From contig MEOA01000015.1 in assembly GCA_001768515.1 (NCBI GenBank), positions 6,226 to 70,225 on the forward strand: 64,000 nucleotides of DNA, written 5' to 3'. This document shows positions 9,661 to 18,590 of the stretch, one piece after another. The notes below the pieces were generated by a model, which searched no databases, was not told the origin of the DNA, and saw nothing but the letters and a program-made list of their open reading frames with translations. Made by a program: the position numbers and the translations under genes. The stretch is from Bacteroidetes bacterium GWE2_42_24 (GTDB taxonomy: Bacteria; Bacteroidota; Bacteroidia; Bacteroidales; TTA-H9). The first letter of the stretch is position 1, and every line of letters starts with the position of its first letter.

Positions 9661-12258
9661 ATGCAGCACTTTGGTTCACATCCCCAAGATCACTTTTGCA
9701 GGTTAGTAATTCTATGCCTGTTGGTATTGGTCATGGTATCCTGTACCTTCCATTCAGGTGATGAAAAGAAAGAAACGCCAGGAGAAACAGTTCAACTGGC
9801 CGATTCACTCGTTGAAAGCGGCAACTTTCCTTTAACGGAGGAGTTGTTTGGTTATTTTAGGATCATTCATACAACCCGTGATGAAAAAGATGAAGCGCTT
9901 GAACGCACTTATGCCGCGCTTGCACTTTTCTATCATTACAAGGCAAAATCGGAGATCCCCGAAGCACTTCAATACGGTAATTTCATATACCGTCAGGCGC
10001 CCGATGGTTTCCCTGATAAGCGCAGGGCCTACTTTTACAACGATATCGGCTTTTGTTATGCGATGGCTGGTAAGTTTGATTCTGCCTTGCTTAATGTAAA
10101 GCTGAGTATTCCGCTACTTGAAAAGTTGAATGACAGCATGAAGTTAGCCTGGTCGTTTAATGCCCTGGGAAATATTCACCTGTTGATGAAGAACTTGCCG
10201 GAAGCAAGGCGGGAGTATCTTAAGGCCCTGCACATCAATCGAATTCAAAACCACCTGAGTGGCATCGCGCTCAATATGCTCAACATCGCCTCCATACAGG
10301 AAGATGAGAAACAACCCGATTCGGCCCTACTAACACTCGGGCAGGCATTACCGCTGGCACTCAGTTCAAATGCAAAGAAAGCAGCACTCGATATTGCCAA
10401 TAACATGGGCGGATTACTGTTTCGGCGTGAACAATACGATTCGGCTTACAGGTATTATAAACTGGCACAATCGTTAAAACTATCCTCCGGTTCGTATAAT
10501 GAGGTAAATCTGGCACTAAATCTGGCACTGTGTGAGGCTTTCATGGGGCAAATGCAAAAAGCCAGAAAGGCATTTGATAGTCTTTTGGTGGTTTCGAAGA
10601 AGCAAGGTTATGGAAAGCAGATGACTATCATCTACGGTTTTATGTCGAAGTTATACCTTCGACAGGGACGGATTGATCTGGCCCTGCAGTTTGAGAAAGA
10701 ATCTGGTGTCATCAAGGATAGTCTACTTGCCATGTACTGGGATAAGGAAATGAATGAATCGGTCAAGAAGACTGATATCAGTGAAAAGGAATTCAACCGG
10801 CAATTGCAGAACAGCCTTGCGCTCGAGAAGGTGAAGCAAACACGAAACATGCTGATATACATTATAGTATTCACTGTAGTGCTGTCAGTATTTATGTTTG
10901 TGGCTCTGCGGAAACAACGGTTTACAAGCAGGGAGTTGATTAAGACATCGGACGACCTGAAAGAAGCCAACCAGAATATTGTAAAGATAAGCGAGATTGG
11001 ACAAGACATCATTTCACACACCGGCAATTCCGACATCATCAGACACCTCTACAGCCACCTACAGAATCTGATGCCCTGCAACATACTGGCAATAGGGATG
11101 TACAATCAGTCCGATGAATCGCTGACGTTTACGGATGCCATCGAGAAAAACGAAACGATTCCTGCCTTTTCCTATCATTGTTCTGATAAAAATAGTTTTC
11201 CCGTACTCTGCTTCAACAGCCAACAGCCAATTGTGGTCAATAACATGCAGGCCGAAGTCGGTTTATGGTTTCCCCCTGACGCAGTGATTGAGCCCAATAC
11301 CGGTGTGCTTGCTCAGGCACGGGTATACATTCCGCTGACTGTGAGCGACAACAGAATTGGCGTTTTCACAGTGCAGTCGTTTAACACCGGGGTATATACC
11401 AATCACCATGTCTCAATTCTTCATAGCATCGGAATCTATCTCGCCATCGCCCTTCAGAATACACTCAACTATGAGTCGGTTACCCGTCAACGTGATGAAC
11501 GCGATAAGGCACTTGAGCAACTGAAGGTGAGGGAAGAGCAGTTGCGCGAAACCAATGCATCGAAGGATAAATTTTTCAGTATCATAGCACATGACCTTAA
11601 GAATCCTTTCAGCTCAATTCTGGGATTCAGTGATGTGCTAACGCGTGAATGGGACAATTTTGACGAAAAGGCAAAGCATACCTTTATCAGGAGCATCAGC
11701 CTTGCTTCCCAGAGCACCTATCGTCTGCTTGAGAACCTGTTGATGTGGTCGCGTACGCAAACAGGCGGGCTGCGCTTTAATCCGGAGGTAATCGATTTGA
11801 GTAATGTCGCCCTGGAGTCTATCAGGGTGGTAGCCGGACAGGCTGAGGCAAAGAGAGTTCAGGTGATCAGTTATATTCCTTTCAATACCGCGGTGGTGGC
11901 TGATGAGAATATGCTGCAAACGGTGTTTAGAAATCTACTGACCAATGCTATCAAGTTTAGCTTCCAGGGTGGATTGGTCTCATTGTCGGCTTTCACTGAT
12001 GACGATTGGTGTCGGATAGAGATTGTCGATAATGGTATAGGCATTACCATAGAAGATCAGGTAAATCTCTTCAGGATTGATCGGAGCGTAAAACAGTCGG
12101 GTACTGATAACGAGACCGGCTCGGGTCTTGGCCTATTGCTCTGTCATGAATTAATCAACCAGCATGGCGGAAGAATCTGGGTAGAGAGCGAGCTGGGAAG
12201 AGGGAGCCGTTTTAGTTTTATCCTTCCGATACAAAAAGCAAATAATGTTGAATCATGA
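9661..12258 (+). CDS. Sensor histidine kinase: lipoprotein-like signal, TPR repeats, one TM helix, GAF-like domain, HisKA, HATPase_c
   Basis: H-box FFSIIAHDLKNPF, N-box NLLTNAIKF, G-boxes DNGIGI and GSGLGL. TM helix MLIYIIVFTVVLSVFMFVAL. TPR-like repeats lie in residues ~80-350. No response regulator is adjacent. Confidence 0.9.
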   Translation: MQHFGSHPQDHFCRLVILCLLVLVMVSCTFHSGDEKKETPGETVQLADSLVESGNFPLTEELFGYFRIIHTTRDEKDEALERTYAALALFYHYKAKSEIPEALQYGNFIYRQAPDGFPDKRRAYFYNDIGFCYAMAGKFDSALLNVKLSIPLLEKLNDSMKLAWSFNALGNIHLLMKNLPEARREYLKALHINRIQNHLSGIALNMLNIASIQEDEKQPDSALLTLGQALPLALSSNAKKAALDIANNMGGLLFRREQYDSAYRYYKLAQSLKLSSGSYNEVNLALNLALCEAFMGQMQKARKAFDSLLVVSKKQGYGKQMTIIYGFMSKLYLRQGRIDLALQFEKESGVIKDSLLAMYWDKEMNESVKKTDISEKEFNRQLQNSLALEKVKQTRNMLIYIIVFTVVLSVFMFVALRKQRFTSRELIKTSDDLKEANQNIVKISEIGQDIISHTGNSDIIRHLYSHLQNLMPCNILAIGMYNQSDESLTFTDAIEKNETIPAFSYHCSDKNSFPVLCFNSQQPIVVNNMQAEVGLWFPPDAVIEPNTGVLAQARVYIPLTVSDNRIGVFTVQSFNTGVYTNHHVSILHSIGIYLAIALQNTLNYESVTRQRDERDKALEQLKVREEQLRETNASKDKFFSIIAHDLKNPFSSILGFSDVLTREWDNFDEKAKHTFIRSISLASQSTYRLLENLLMWSRTQTGGLRFNPEVIDLSNVALESIRVVAGQAEAKRVQVISYIPFNTAVVADENMLQTVFRNLLTNAIKFSFQGGLVSLSAFTDDDWCRIEIVDNGIGITIEDQVNLFRIDRSVKQSGTDNETGSGLGLLLCHELINQHGGRIWVESELGRGSRFSFILPIQKANNVES

Positions 12259-12794
12259 ACCAGTTATCTCCCGGGACACGGATCGACCATGATCGCTATG
12301 GTCTGGGTGTTGTAAGTCTTGTTAATCTTACCACCGTTGAAGTTTTTTTTGAAAGGGGCGGCCGCGTTGAGTTTGCTAAAAACAACCTCAATGCAAAAAT
12401 TCTGAGTCAGCCTGAGAACAGTCAGGGGGCTTCTTCTCAGATTGATGTGCAGCAATTGGCTGCTGCCATTGAGGATGTGTTGGATCGCTACGGTGCGCTT
12501 CAGAAGCACATCGAACTTGGAAGGAAGTGGGAGGGTGGCACCCTGCTGCTGCAGCCCGCCAACACAAGCCTGAAACCAAAAGAAATACCTGTGGAGGTAT
12601 TTTTCCACAAGATTGTGATGGCACGCGACAGGTTGAGGGTTCTTGAGCAGAGCATCAACAGTCATCCGGTGCTCACCGATGAGGAGAAAGTTAACCTTCA
12701 GCAATATATCACCAGAATCTACGGCTCATTTACTACTTTCAATATCTTGTTCGAGAACAAGGAGGATTTTTTTAGCGGAGGTAAAGCCGACTGA
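12255..12794 (+). CDS. Hypothetical protein with N-terminal Tudor/SH3-like barrel resembling the PcrA/UvrD C-terminal (DUF3553-like) domain
   Basis: The ATG overlaps the kinase stop (ATGA). The N-terminus GTRIDHDRYGLGVVSLVNLTTVEVFFERGGRVEF follows the G-x-R-V-x-H-x-x-F/Y-G-x-G-x-V pattern. The rest is helical and unrecognised. Confidence 0.45.
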   Translation: MNQLSPGTRIDHDRYGLGVVSLVNLTTVEVFFERGGRVEFAKNNLNAKILSQPENSQGASSQIDVQQLAAAIEDVLDRYGALQKHIELGRKWEGGTLLLQPANTSLKPKEIPVEVFFHKIVMARDRLRVLEQSINSHPVLTDEEKVNLQQYITRIYGSFTTFNILFENKEDFFSGGKAD

Positions 12795-13807
12795 TGGAGA
12801 TCACAAACAATGGTGCGATCGTTAACTCAGCGCAGTGCCATTTGCTGGGACAGCGGCTATCGGTCGTTACCTTCAGACCGGAATTTTTGAAGCGGCCTTT
12901 TCTGGTTTCGCCCATTTCCGAGGAACTTCGAAGTCGAATGTTCTTTTTCTCTGTCGCCATTTGTCATCAGACTTATACCCTTCAAAACAGGGAGATGAAT
13001 CTGTTTGGGTGGGATTATCTGGAAGACGGTTTTCTGAGAATGGCTCAGACGAAACCGCATTTTCTCGATCCTTCTTTTTTGGTTGAATTGCCGGCTGATC
13101 AACTGGCCGATGAACTGGCTTTGTTTTTCAGTTCTGAAGGCTCAGTTGCCTCTTCTACGCTTGACAGGCGGTCGGAGAGGGCTTTCCTGATGAAGGAGTC
13201 CGCACGCTTTGTTCATCAGTATTATAACAATTCAGTAAAAGATTTCCTTATTTCGACAGGTAATTGTTTGAAAAACAGTCCTGAGTCCTTTTATGAGCAA
13301 CTTCGACACGTATTGCCATTTGCTGATCCTCTGTACAAGAAGTCGACCTTTCTGCTTAAATTGCTTATTGATGCCCGGCTTTATCAGATAAATGATCCTG
13401 AGAATATCATTCCTGTTATGGATTATCATATGCAACGGGTACTGCTGCGAACAGGATGTGTGGAAATTGTCGATAATGAACTGTTCGGCAATCTTTCCAG
13501 TCGTAGGGGGCTTGCTGATGATTCTTCTGTCAGGGAGGCCTCTGTGGAAGCGATGAAGGTCGTTGCCAGGGCATCAGGGCTCAATCCTTTGCTTTTGAAT
13601 GATGTGTTTTATATGCTTGGACGCAGTTGCTGTCTTGAAGAACCCCTTTGTGTTTCGCATCAGTGTAGTAAGCAGCCGTGCAGTCTTACCCTTACGCTTC
13701 ATCTTGAATCGCACAACAAATGTCTGTTTACTTCCGTGTGTCGTGGCGAAATCGACTCAGCATACCGGAGACTGTGGCATCCAATGGTGGTCACTCATTA
13801 CTATTGA
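12794..13807 (+). CDS. Divergent Qng1/DUF2419 (queuosine-salvage, glycosidase-fold)-like protein with a Cys-rich C-terminal insert
   Basis: The start overlaps the previous stop (TGATG). Motifs line up with the DUF2419 blocks I recall: PLYKKSTFLLKLL (F-x-K-R-A-Q-like), VMDYHMQRVLLRTGCV (F-A-D-Y-R-x-P-x-x-L-like, and also like the V-D-x-H-V-x-R-V helix of HhH glycosylases), and C-terminal WHPMVVTHYY (H-R-x-R-x-x-Y-Y-like). An extra segment is CCLEEPLCVSHQCSKQPC...C...C. Confidence 0.4.
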   Translation: MEITNNGAIVNSAQCHLLGQRLSVVTFRPEFLKRPFLVSPISEELRSRMFFFSVAICHQTYTLQNREMNLFGWDYLEDGFLRMAQTKPHFLDPSFLVELPADQLADELALFFSSEGSVASSTLDRRSERAFLMKESARFVHQYYNNSVKDFLISTGNCLKNSPESFYEQLRHVLPFADPLYKKSTFLLKLLIDARLYQINDPENIIPVMDYHMQRVLLRTGCVEIVDNELFGNLSSRRGLADDSSVREASVEAMKVVARASGLNPLLLNDVFYMLGRSCCLEEPLCVSHQCSKQPCSLTLTLHLESHNKCLFTSVCRGEIDSAYRRLWHPMVVTHYY

Positions 13808-13840
13808 TCACCCCTGAAGGGTATTTTGTACCTTTGTGCC

Positions 13841-14554
13841 ATGAAAACAATCGTTTATTCCGACCCATTGCCGTTGTTGACTGCAGAAACTGATTACGAA
13901 GGTATGACCTATAGCCGGCTTGTGTTCGGTGAAAGGTACTGTGCCGTGATGCTGTCTGATGGCAGGTGCGGAGTCTGTGCAACACTTGGAGTTGCCTCTC
14001 CTGTAAGCCTTCCTGCTGTTTTTGTACCCGACTTCGGGACACCTGCCGGCCGTGTGATTACGCAGGCTACCGTGAATGCTGTCTTTAATATACACGACGG
14101 AATGAGTGACAATACAGATATCGGTGCTGCCATCCTTGCTTCTGGTTTTCGCTCGATGGTGATGATTGGGTATTTTTGTCCGCTTATTGCCCCCCTGCGC
14201 GAGGCTGGTATAGGGTTGACTATTTTTGACCCTGCAGTTGACCAATCGATGGTAAGCCCCCCGGAACAACTGCCCGATGCTATTGCCGGTTGTCATCTTT
14301 TAATGGTTACGGCCACTTCGATCACCAATAACACCTTTGTGTCGCTTATGGAGCAAGTCACTGATGGAACAGAAGTTTGGCTTGTCGGTCCTTCTACGCC
14401 ACTGAGCCCATTGATGTTCAGCCAGTATCCTGTAACCCGTCTCTTTGGTACCCGCTTTGCAGCAGGAAATCATGCTTTATTAAACCTGGTGGAAGAAGGG
14501 TATGGAACAAGAGGCTTTAACCGAACAGGGGATAAGGTGATGATTGTTAGTTGA
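13841..14554 (+). CDS. DUF4213/DUF364 family protein (Rossmann-like, putative metal-chelation fold; function unknown)
   Basis: Start moved to ATG 13841 (the track start is a TTG). The N-terminal block RYCAVMLSDGRCGVCATLG and the C-terminal blocks VMIGYFCPLI, LLMVTATSITNNTF and VWLVGPSTPLSP match the DUF364 pattern as I recall it. Confidence 0.6.
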   Translation: MKTIVYSDPLPLLTAETDYEGMTYSRLVFGERYCAVMLSDGRCGVCATLGVASPVSLPAVFVPDFGTPAGRVITQATVNAVFNIHDGMSDNTDIGAAILASGFRSMVMIGYFCPLIAPLREAGIGLTIFDPAVDQSMVSPPEQLPDAIAGCHLLMVTATSITNNTFVSLMEQVTDGTEVWLVGPSTPLSPLMFSQYPVTRLFGTRFAAGNHALLNLVEEGYGTRGFNRTGDKVMIVS

Positions 14555-14657
14555 TATTAACACGAGTTTGTTATTTAGTATTTGATTTTAAGCCTAAACT
14601 ATCACCTCGGAACTCAGAATTCAAGACTTCTGACTCAATTTATTGAATTTTTTACAA

Positions 14658-15689
14658 ATGAAATATCCCTGGCTTCGTGTTGTTGGATTTTTATTGTTGT
14701 TCTACCTGATTATACGGGGCGTGTTGTATTTGATGGTGTCAACTGTGGGTGGCGACAATAAGACTGTTGATCGTCACAGTAATGTATACATTATCAGTTC
14801 TGAGGAGTGTGGAGAGAGGTCTGCTGATGAGCTTTTTCTGTTGCTGAAGGATCAATCGGACTTTGAGGTGGAGCTTATAACACCGACAGCCTTCATGGCG
14901 CTTCCGATAACGCCTGGCGCAAAGATTGTTGTTCCACCTGCCTGTGGGCCATACTGTTGGAATTATTTAGGTCAGCCGATAGTGAACCGTTTACGTGATT
15001 GGGCTGATACCGGGGCCTTGGTGTTGACTTTTAGCCAGATACCTGATATGGCAAAATTTCAGGCTGGTAATGTGTTGATTAGCCATGGTTTTTATCAGGT
15101 GAATCTCACGCTTTCTCCTGACAGCATCGTGCTATGGTTTGATGAGGTAGATATCGATTCTGCAGATTCCGGAGTGGGAGTTCTTGCGAGTGTGCGTTTC
15201 GGGAAATATAATGTACCTGTCATCTGTGTCGCAGTTCAAGGCAGAGGAGTACTGATTTCCTGTCTTGCCCGCCCTCAGGTGACAGCGGGGGCTGAGAAGA
15301 TGGTAAGCCAGCTACTTAGAATTAGAAATGGAGCAACTTTGCAGACAAAGAATCTTTGCGCTATCGTACCAATGGTTTTCGATTCGCTAAGGACCAGTCA
15401 GGTGAATATACAACTACAGACCTTGCTGACTGGTGTCCCTTCGGCACAGGTCGTTGCTATCACCTGGCTTGCAGAGCACCCTTATCCCATGGCACGGTAT
15501 GCCATCGCTCCCTTACTGTTTAGTGCAGATCAAACGGTAGTGGCTGCCGCTGCTGATGCCCTTACCCGGTTACATGCACTGAATGCCATCGAACCCCTGA
15601 AGGCGGCCATACAGTTACAATCGCCTGAATTGCGGCCTCTGCTGCGTAAGGCTGAACAGTCACTTACCAGCTGCCTGCATCAGGATTAG
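14658..15689 (+). CDS. N-terminally membrane-anchored hypothetical protein with C-terminal HEAT/armadillo-like repeats
   Basis: ATG at 14658 (MKYPWLRVVGFLLLFYLIIRGVLYLMV). The C-terminal repeats ..AITWLAEHPYPMARYAIAPLL..VVAAAADALTRLHALNAIEPLKAAI.. look HEAT-like. Confidence 0.5.
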   Translation: MKYPWLRVVGFLLLFYLIIRGVLYLMVSTVGGDNKTVDRHSNVYIISSEECGERSADELFLLLKDQSDFEVELITPTAFMALPITPGAKIVVPPACGPYCWNYLGQPIVNRLRDWADTGALVLTFSQIPDMAKFQAGNVLISHGFYQVNLTLSPDSIVLWFDEVDIDSADSGVGVLASVRFGKYNVPVICVAVQGRGVLISCLARPQVTAGAEKMVSQLLRIRNGATLQTKNLCAIVPMVFDSLRTSQVNIQLQTLLTGVPSAQVVAITWLAEHPYPMARYAIAPLLFSADQTVVAAAADALTRLHALNAIEPLKAAIQLQSPELRPLLRKAEQSLTSCLHQD

Positions 15690-15766
15690 GTGGACCGGAT
15701 GAACCAAAACGATTGATGATTTTTTCTGTAAATGGATGTATTACCTTAGTGAATTAATTTGCAACG

Positions 15767-16423
15767 ATGTTATTAAACATACTTCAACAACCTTTAGCCG
15801 GATTGCCTCTGCAGGAGTGGATAGGTTATCTGGCCTCCCTGATGATTCTTATCGGGATGACGATGAATTCGGTGCGCCGGCTTCGCTGGATTAATCTGGG
15901 CGGTAATGTTCTGTTTGCATGTTATGGCTTTCTGATTGGTAGCTTGCCGGTAGGTCTGATGAATACCCTGATCGGAATGGTAAACATCTTTTACCTGACG
16001 AAGCTATACAACAAAAAGGAATCTTTCCGATTGCTGCCGGTGCAGTTAAGCAACCGTTACCTTAAAGCTTTTCTTGAATTTTATCAGGATGACATTAATA
16101 AGTTCTTTCCTGGTTTTAAATTCAATCCTGATATGTATAACCGTGCTTATGTTGTTCTTCGTGATATGACGGTAGCTTCTGTTATCCTGGGTAATGCCGG
16201 TGAATCCGGGACCTTGCGGGTTGAGCTTGATTATGCTATTGCCGCTTATCGCGACATGAAACCAGGGGGCTATGCCTTTGGCCCTGCTGGAGGCGGACTC
16301 TCGTCAGAGGGTTTTAAGTTGATTCAGACAGTGGCGCTGACGAGTGCGCATGAGAAATATCTGAAGAAATGTGGCTTTGCTCCTAATGCCGATAAAACGT
16401 GTTGGCAACAGACGATAGGCTGA
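15767..16423 (+). CDS. YgjV-like membrane protein (3 TM) fused to an unrecognised soluble C-terminal domain
   Basis: The N-terminal segment EWIGYLASLMILIGMTMNSVRRLRWINLGGNVLFACYGFLIGSLPVGLMN resembles YgjV-family proteins. Confidence 0.5.
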   Translation: MLLNILQQPLAGLPLQEWIGYLASLMILIGMTMNSVRRLRWINLGGNVLFACYGFLIGSLPVGLMNTLIGMVNIFYLTKLYNKKESFRLLPVQLSNRYLKAFLEFYQDDINKFFPGFKFNPDMYNRAYVVLRDMTVASVILGNAGESGTLRVELDYAIAAYRDMKPGGYAFGPAGGGLSSEGFKLIQTVALTSAHEKYLKKCGFAPNADKTCWQQTIG

Positions 16424-16475
16424 TCTGTGGTATTGGGGTTTTCTATGGACAAAGAATCACAGAACAAGAGAATCT

Positions 16476-16540
16476 CGTCCCGATAGCTATCGTGAGCCAA
16501 AAGCCAAAGTCAAAGCCAATCTTCCAATGATAGTTTGTTA
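16476..16540. repeat. Dispersed intergenic word-repeat block (CCCGATAGCTATCG, CCAAAAGCCAAAG, CAAAGCC, AATGATAGT)
   Basis: Convergent gap between the YgjV-like gene and prmC. TCGTCCCGATAGCtATCG recurs as TCGTCCCGATAGCcATCG at 18102-18119. Confidence 0.6.
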
Positions 16541-16544
16541 GTCT

Positions 16545-17405
16545 CTATTTTATCCCCTTTACCATCCTGTTTCGTTGTTGCATGTCATTTCTCAGTACGA
16601 CATCATGGAAACCCAATTGATTGAGTAATTCGACGGTGGCCGGGCCAAAGGCCTCATTGATTTCAAATAACAGTATTCCCCCCTCATTCAGTGCGGGGAG
16701 CGCGTATTCTCCGATGCGGTGATAAAAGCGCAGGGGGTCGTCATCGGGCACAAACAATGCCAACGTTGGTTCATGGTTTAATACATCAGGCTGCATCAGC
16801 GTTTTTTCGCTTTCCCTGACATAAGGAGGATTTGAAACAATCAGGTCGAACCGGCCTTCCGGGCCGCCAACAGGTAGTTGAAAGATGTCAACCTGAATGA
16901 ACTCAACCGCTGCGGCATGCATTTCAGCATTACGGCGCCCGGTTTCAAGAGCATCAGCAGAAATATCGATTGCTACAACTGAGAGATCGGGTCGCTCAAG
17001 CTTCAGTGTGATAGCGATGCAACCACTACCTGAACCAATGTCAAGAATTCGCCGGCCATAGTCCGACAGTTCCAGTGCCCAGGCAACCAGTTCCTCCGTT
17101 TCACGTCTTGGAATCAATACCGAAGGGGAAACACTGAAGGGACGGCCATAGAACCAACCTTTACCCAACACGTATTGAACCGGTTCGTGTCCGGCAATCC
17201 GCTTGAAGGCAAAATGGACGGTTAGTAATTCTGATTCACTTAACCTATAATCACTTTCGGTCAACATCTTTAGCCTGTTGATACCCAACTTCTCTTCGAT
17301 CACCCACCCGACGAGGGTAGCCGCTTCAGTTTTGTCGAAATGTTGTTGAAGATACTGCCGGTAATAAGATACGACATCGGCCAGCCGGTTTGATGCTACC
17401 TGCAT
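16545..17405 (-). CDS. prmC: Peptide chain release factor N5-glutamine methyltransferase
   Basis: SAM motif ILDIGSGSGCI and catalytic NPPY (VSNPPYV). Length of 286 aa is typical. Confidence 0.9.
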   Translation of the reverse strand: MQVASNRLADVVSYYRQYLQQHFDKTEAATLVGWVIEEKLGINRLKMLTESDYRLSESELLTVHFAFKRIAGHEPVQYVLGKGWFYGRPFSVSPSVLIPRRETEELVAWALELSDYGRRILDIGSGSGCIAITLKLERPDLSVVAIDISADALETGRRNAEMHAAAVEFIQVDIFQLPVGGPEGRFDLIVSNPPYVRESEKTLMQPDVLNHEPTLALFVPDDDPLRFYHRIGEYALPALNEGGILLFEINEAFGPATVELLNQLGFHDVVLRNDMQQRNRMVKGIK

Positions 17406-17476
17406 TTGAATTTCTGTATTAAAGGCGCTAATTTACTACCTTTATCCCGCATTTTGCACTACAATATCATACCGGA

Positions 17477-18016
17477 ATGAGTCATACAATAGTTTATGTC
17501 GTCGCGGGTGAACAGGGTTCAGGGAAAAGTACCCTGATGATGCAGTTATTGCAGGAAGCCCGCGGGCATGGTCTACGTTGCGGGGGCTTTTTGGCCAGGG
17601 GTTACTGGAACAACAACAAGAGAACGGGTTTCGATCTGCAACTTATCGATTCAGGACATTTACTTCCTTTTTGCCGCGATAACCAGTTACCGGGTTGGGA
17701 ACCATTGCGCCGGTTTTTCTTTTCACCTGAGGCGCTTCAAACCGGTATCAGAGAAATGAAAGCAATGCGCAATCAGGAAATAGATCTGTGGCTTATAGAT
17801 GAGATCGGTCCCATTGAGCTAAAAGGGGCGTTGTGGCATGATTTCTTTTTTGACCTGATCAGAAACCACAGGGTGCCGGTGGTTGTAAGCATGAGGCCGG
17901 CACTGATAGAAGAAATCTGTAATTATTTTGAGATAGATAAGTATGTGGTTCATTCCGTAGGAGAATTAACGGCAACAGAAATACTATCTGAAATCACGGC
18001 ACGGCAGGAAAAATAG
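17477..18016 (+). CDS. P-loop NTPase, THEP1/DUF2478-like
   Basis: Walker A AGEQGSGKST and Walker B-like DLWLIDEIGPIE. 179 aa. Confidence 0.65.
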   Translation: MSHTIVYVVAGEQGSGKSTLMMQLLQEARGHGLRCGGFLARGYWNNNKRTGFDLQLIDSGHLLPFCRDNQLPGWEPLRRFFFSPEALQTGIREMKAMRNQEIDLWLIDEIGPIELKGALWHDFFFDLIRNHRVPVVVSMRPALIEEICNYFEIDKYVVHSVGELTATEILSEITARQEK

Positions 18017-18115
18017 AAGTTTATTTGATCTGGATTAAGGTTGTTTGCGTGTCGGCCAGCCAAAGCTGAAAGAGATTCAGCAATTTGGAAATTTCCGGTT
18101 TTCGTCCCGATAGCC

Positions 18116-18143
18116 ATCGCCCCAATGGTTATTGGCGATTTTT
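18116..18143 (+). terminator. Hairpin plus T-tract, likely terminator of the NTPase gene
   Basis: ATCG-(CC bulge)-CCAAT GGTT ATTGG-CGAT followed by TTTTT. Confidence 0.5.
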
Positions 18144-18303
18144 AGCAGGGAGTCTTTTGGTAGAAACAAGCCATGCCTTGTCTCTGCTAAAATGATATCG
18201 TCTCCAATCCATAAATTCCAATCAATATCAGAGAATATTGCATCAGACGGATGCCGGACATTTCAGCTTCTGTAAGGATGTGCAAAATGTATCATTTTTT
18301 TAA

Positions 18304-18358
18304 ATCGACCGTAGATCGACCGTAGATCAACCGTAGATCAACCGTAGATCAACCGTAG
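18304..18358. repeat. Perfect-register tandem repeat, 11 bp x 5 (ATCGACCGTAG x2, ATCAACCGTAG x3)
   Basis: Read directly from the sequence. The units start at 18304, 18315, 18326, 18337 and 18348. The only variable position is G/A at unit position 4. Confidence 0.95.
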
Positions 18359-18530
18359 TTTAAGCGTCCAGCTAAGGTCGATCTTTGCTTGATTTTCGCA
18401 TGATTCTTGTTCTATATTCTTTTAATTGCATAATGTATGTAAGGCAAGAATTGTGCCAGAGCAAGCTGCCTTTTTTTGATGGATAGGAGAGAAGTGTCTT
18501 TTTTTTATGGCTATGCCTTCAGGAAACGCT

Positions 18531-18590
18531 AAAGCCCATAGCTGTTAACATTGACTGCCGGCGCGTGATGTTGGCAACGCGATTGCTTCA
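18531..18590 (+). repeat. Copy 1 of a conserved intergenic element (AAAGCCCATAGCTGT + 45-nt core TAACATTGACTGCCGGCGCGTGATGTTGGCAACGCGATTGCTTCA)
   Basis: The 45-nt core matches 24620-24664 at 40 of 45 positions in the same orientation. Confidence 0.8.

Noticed and set aside
18304-18358. Considered the tandem 11-mers as a possible CRISPR or minisatellite array.
   Set aside because: The units are contiguous with no spacers and far shorter than CRISPR repeats, and no cas genes are nearby. It is kept only as a tandem repeat / possible regulator binding array.
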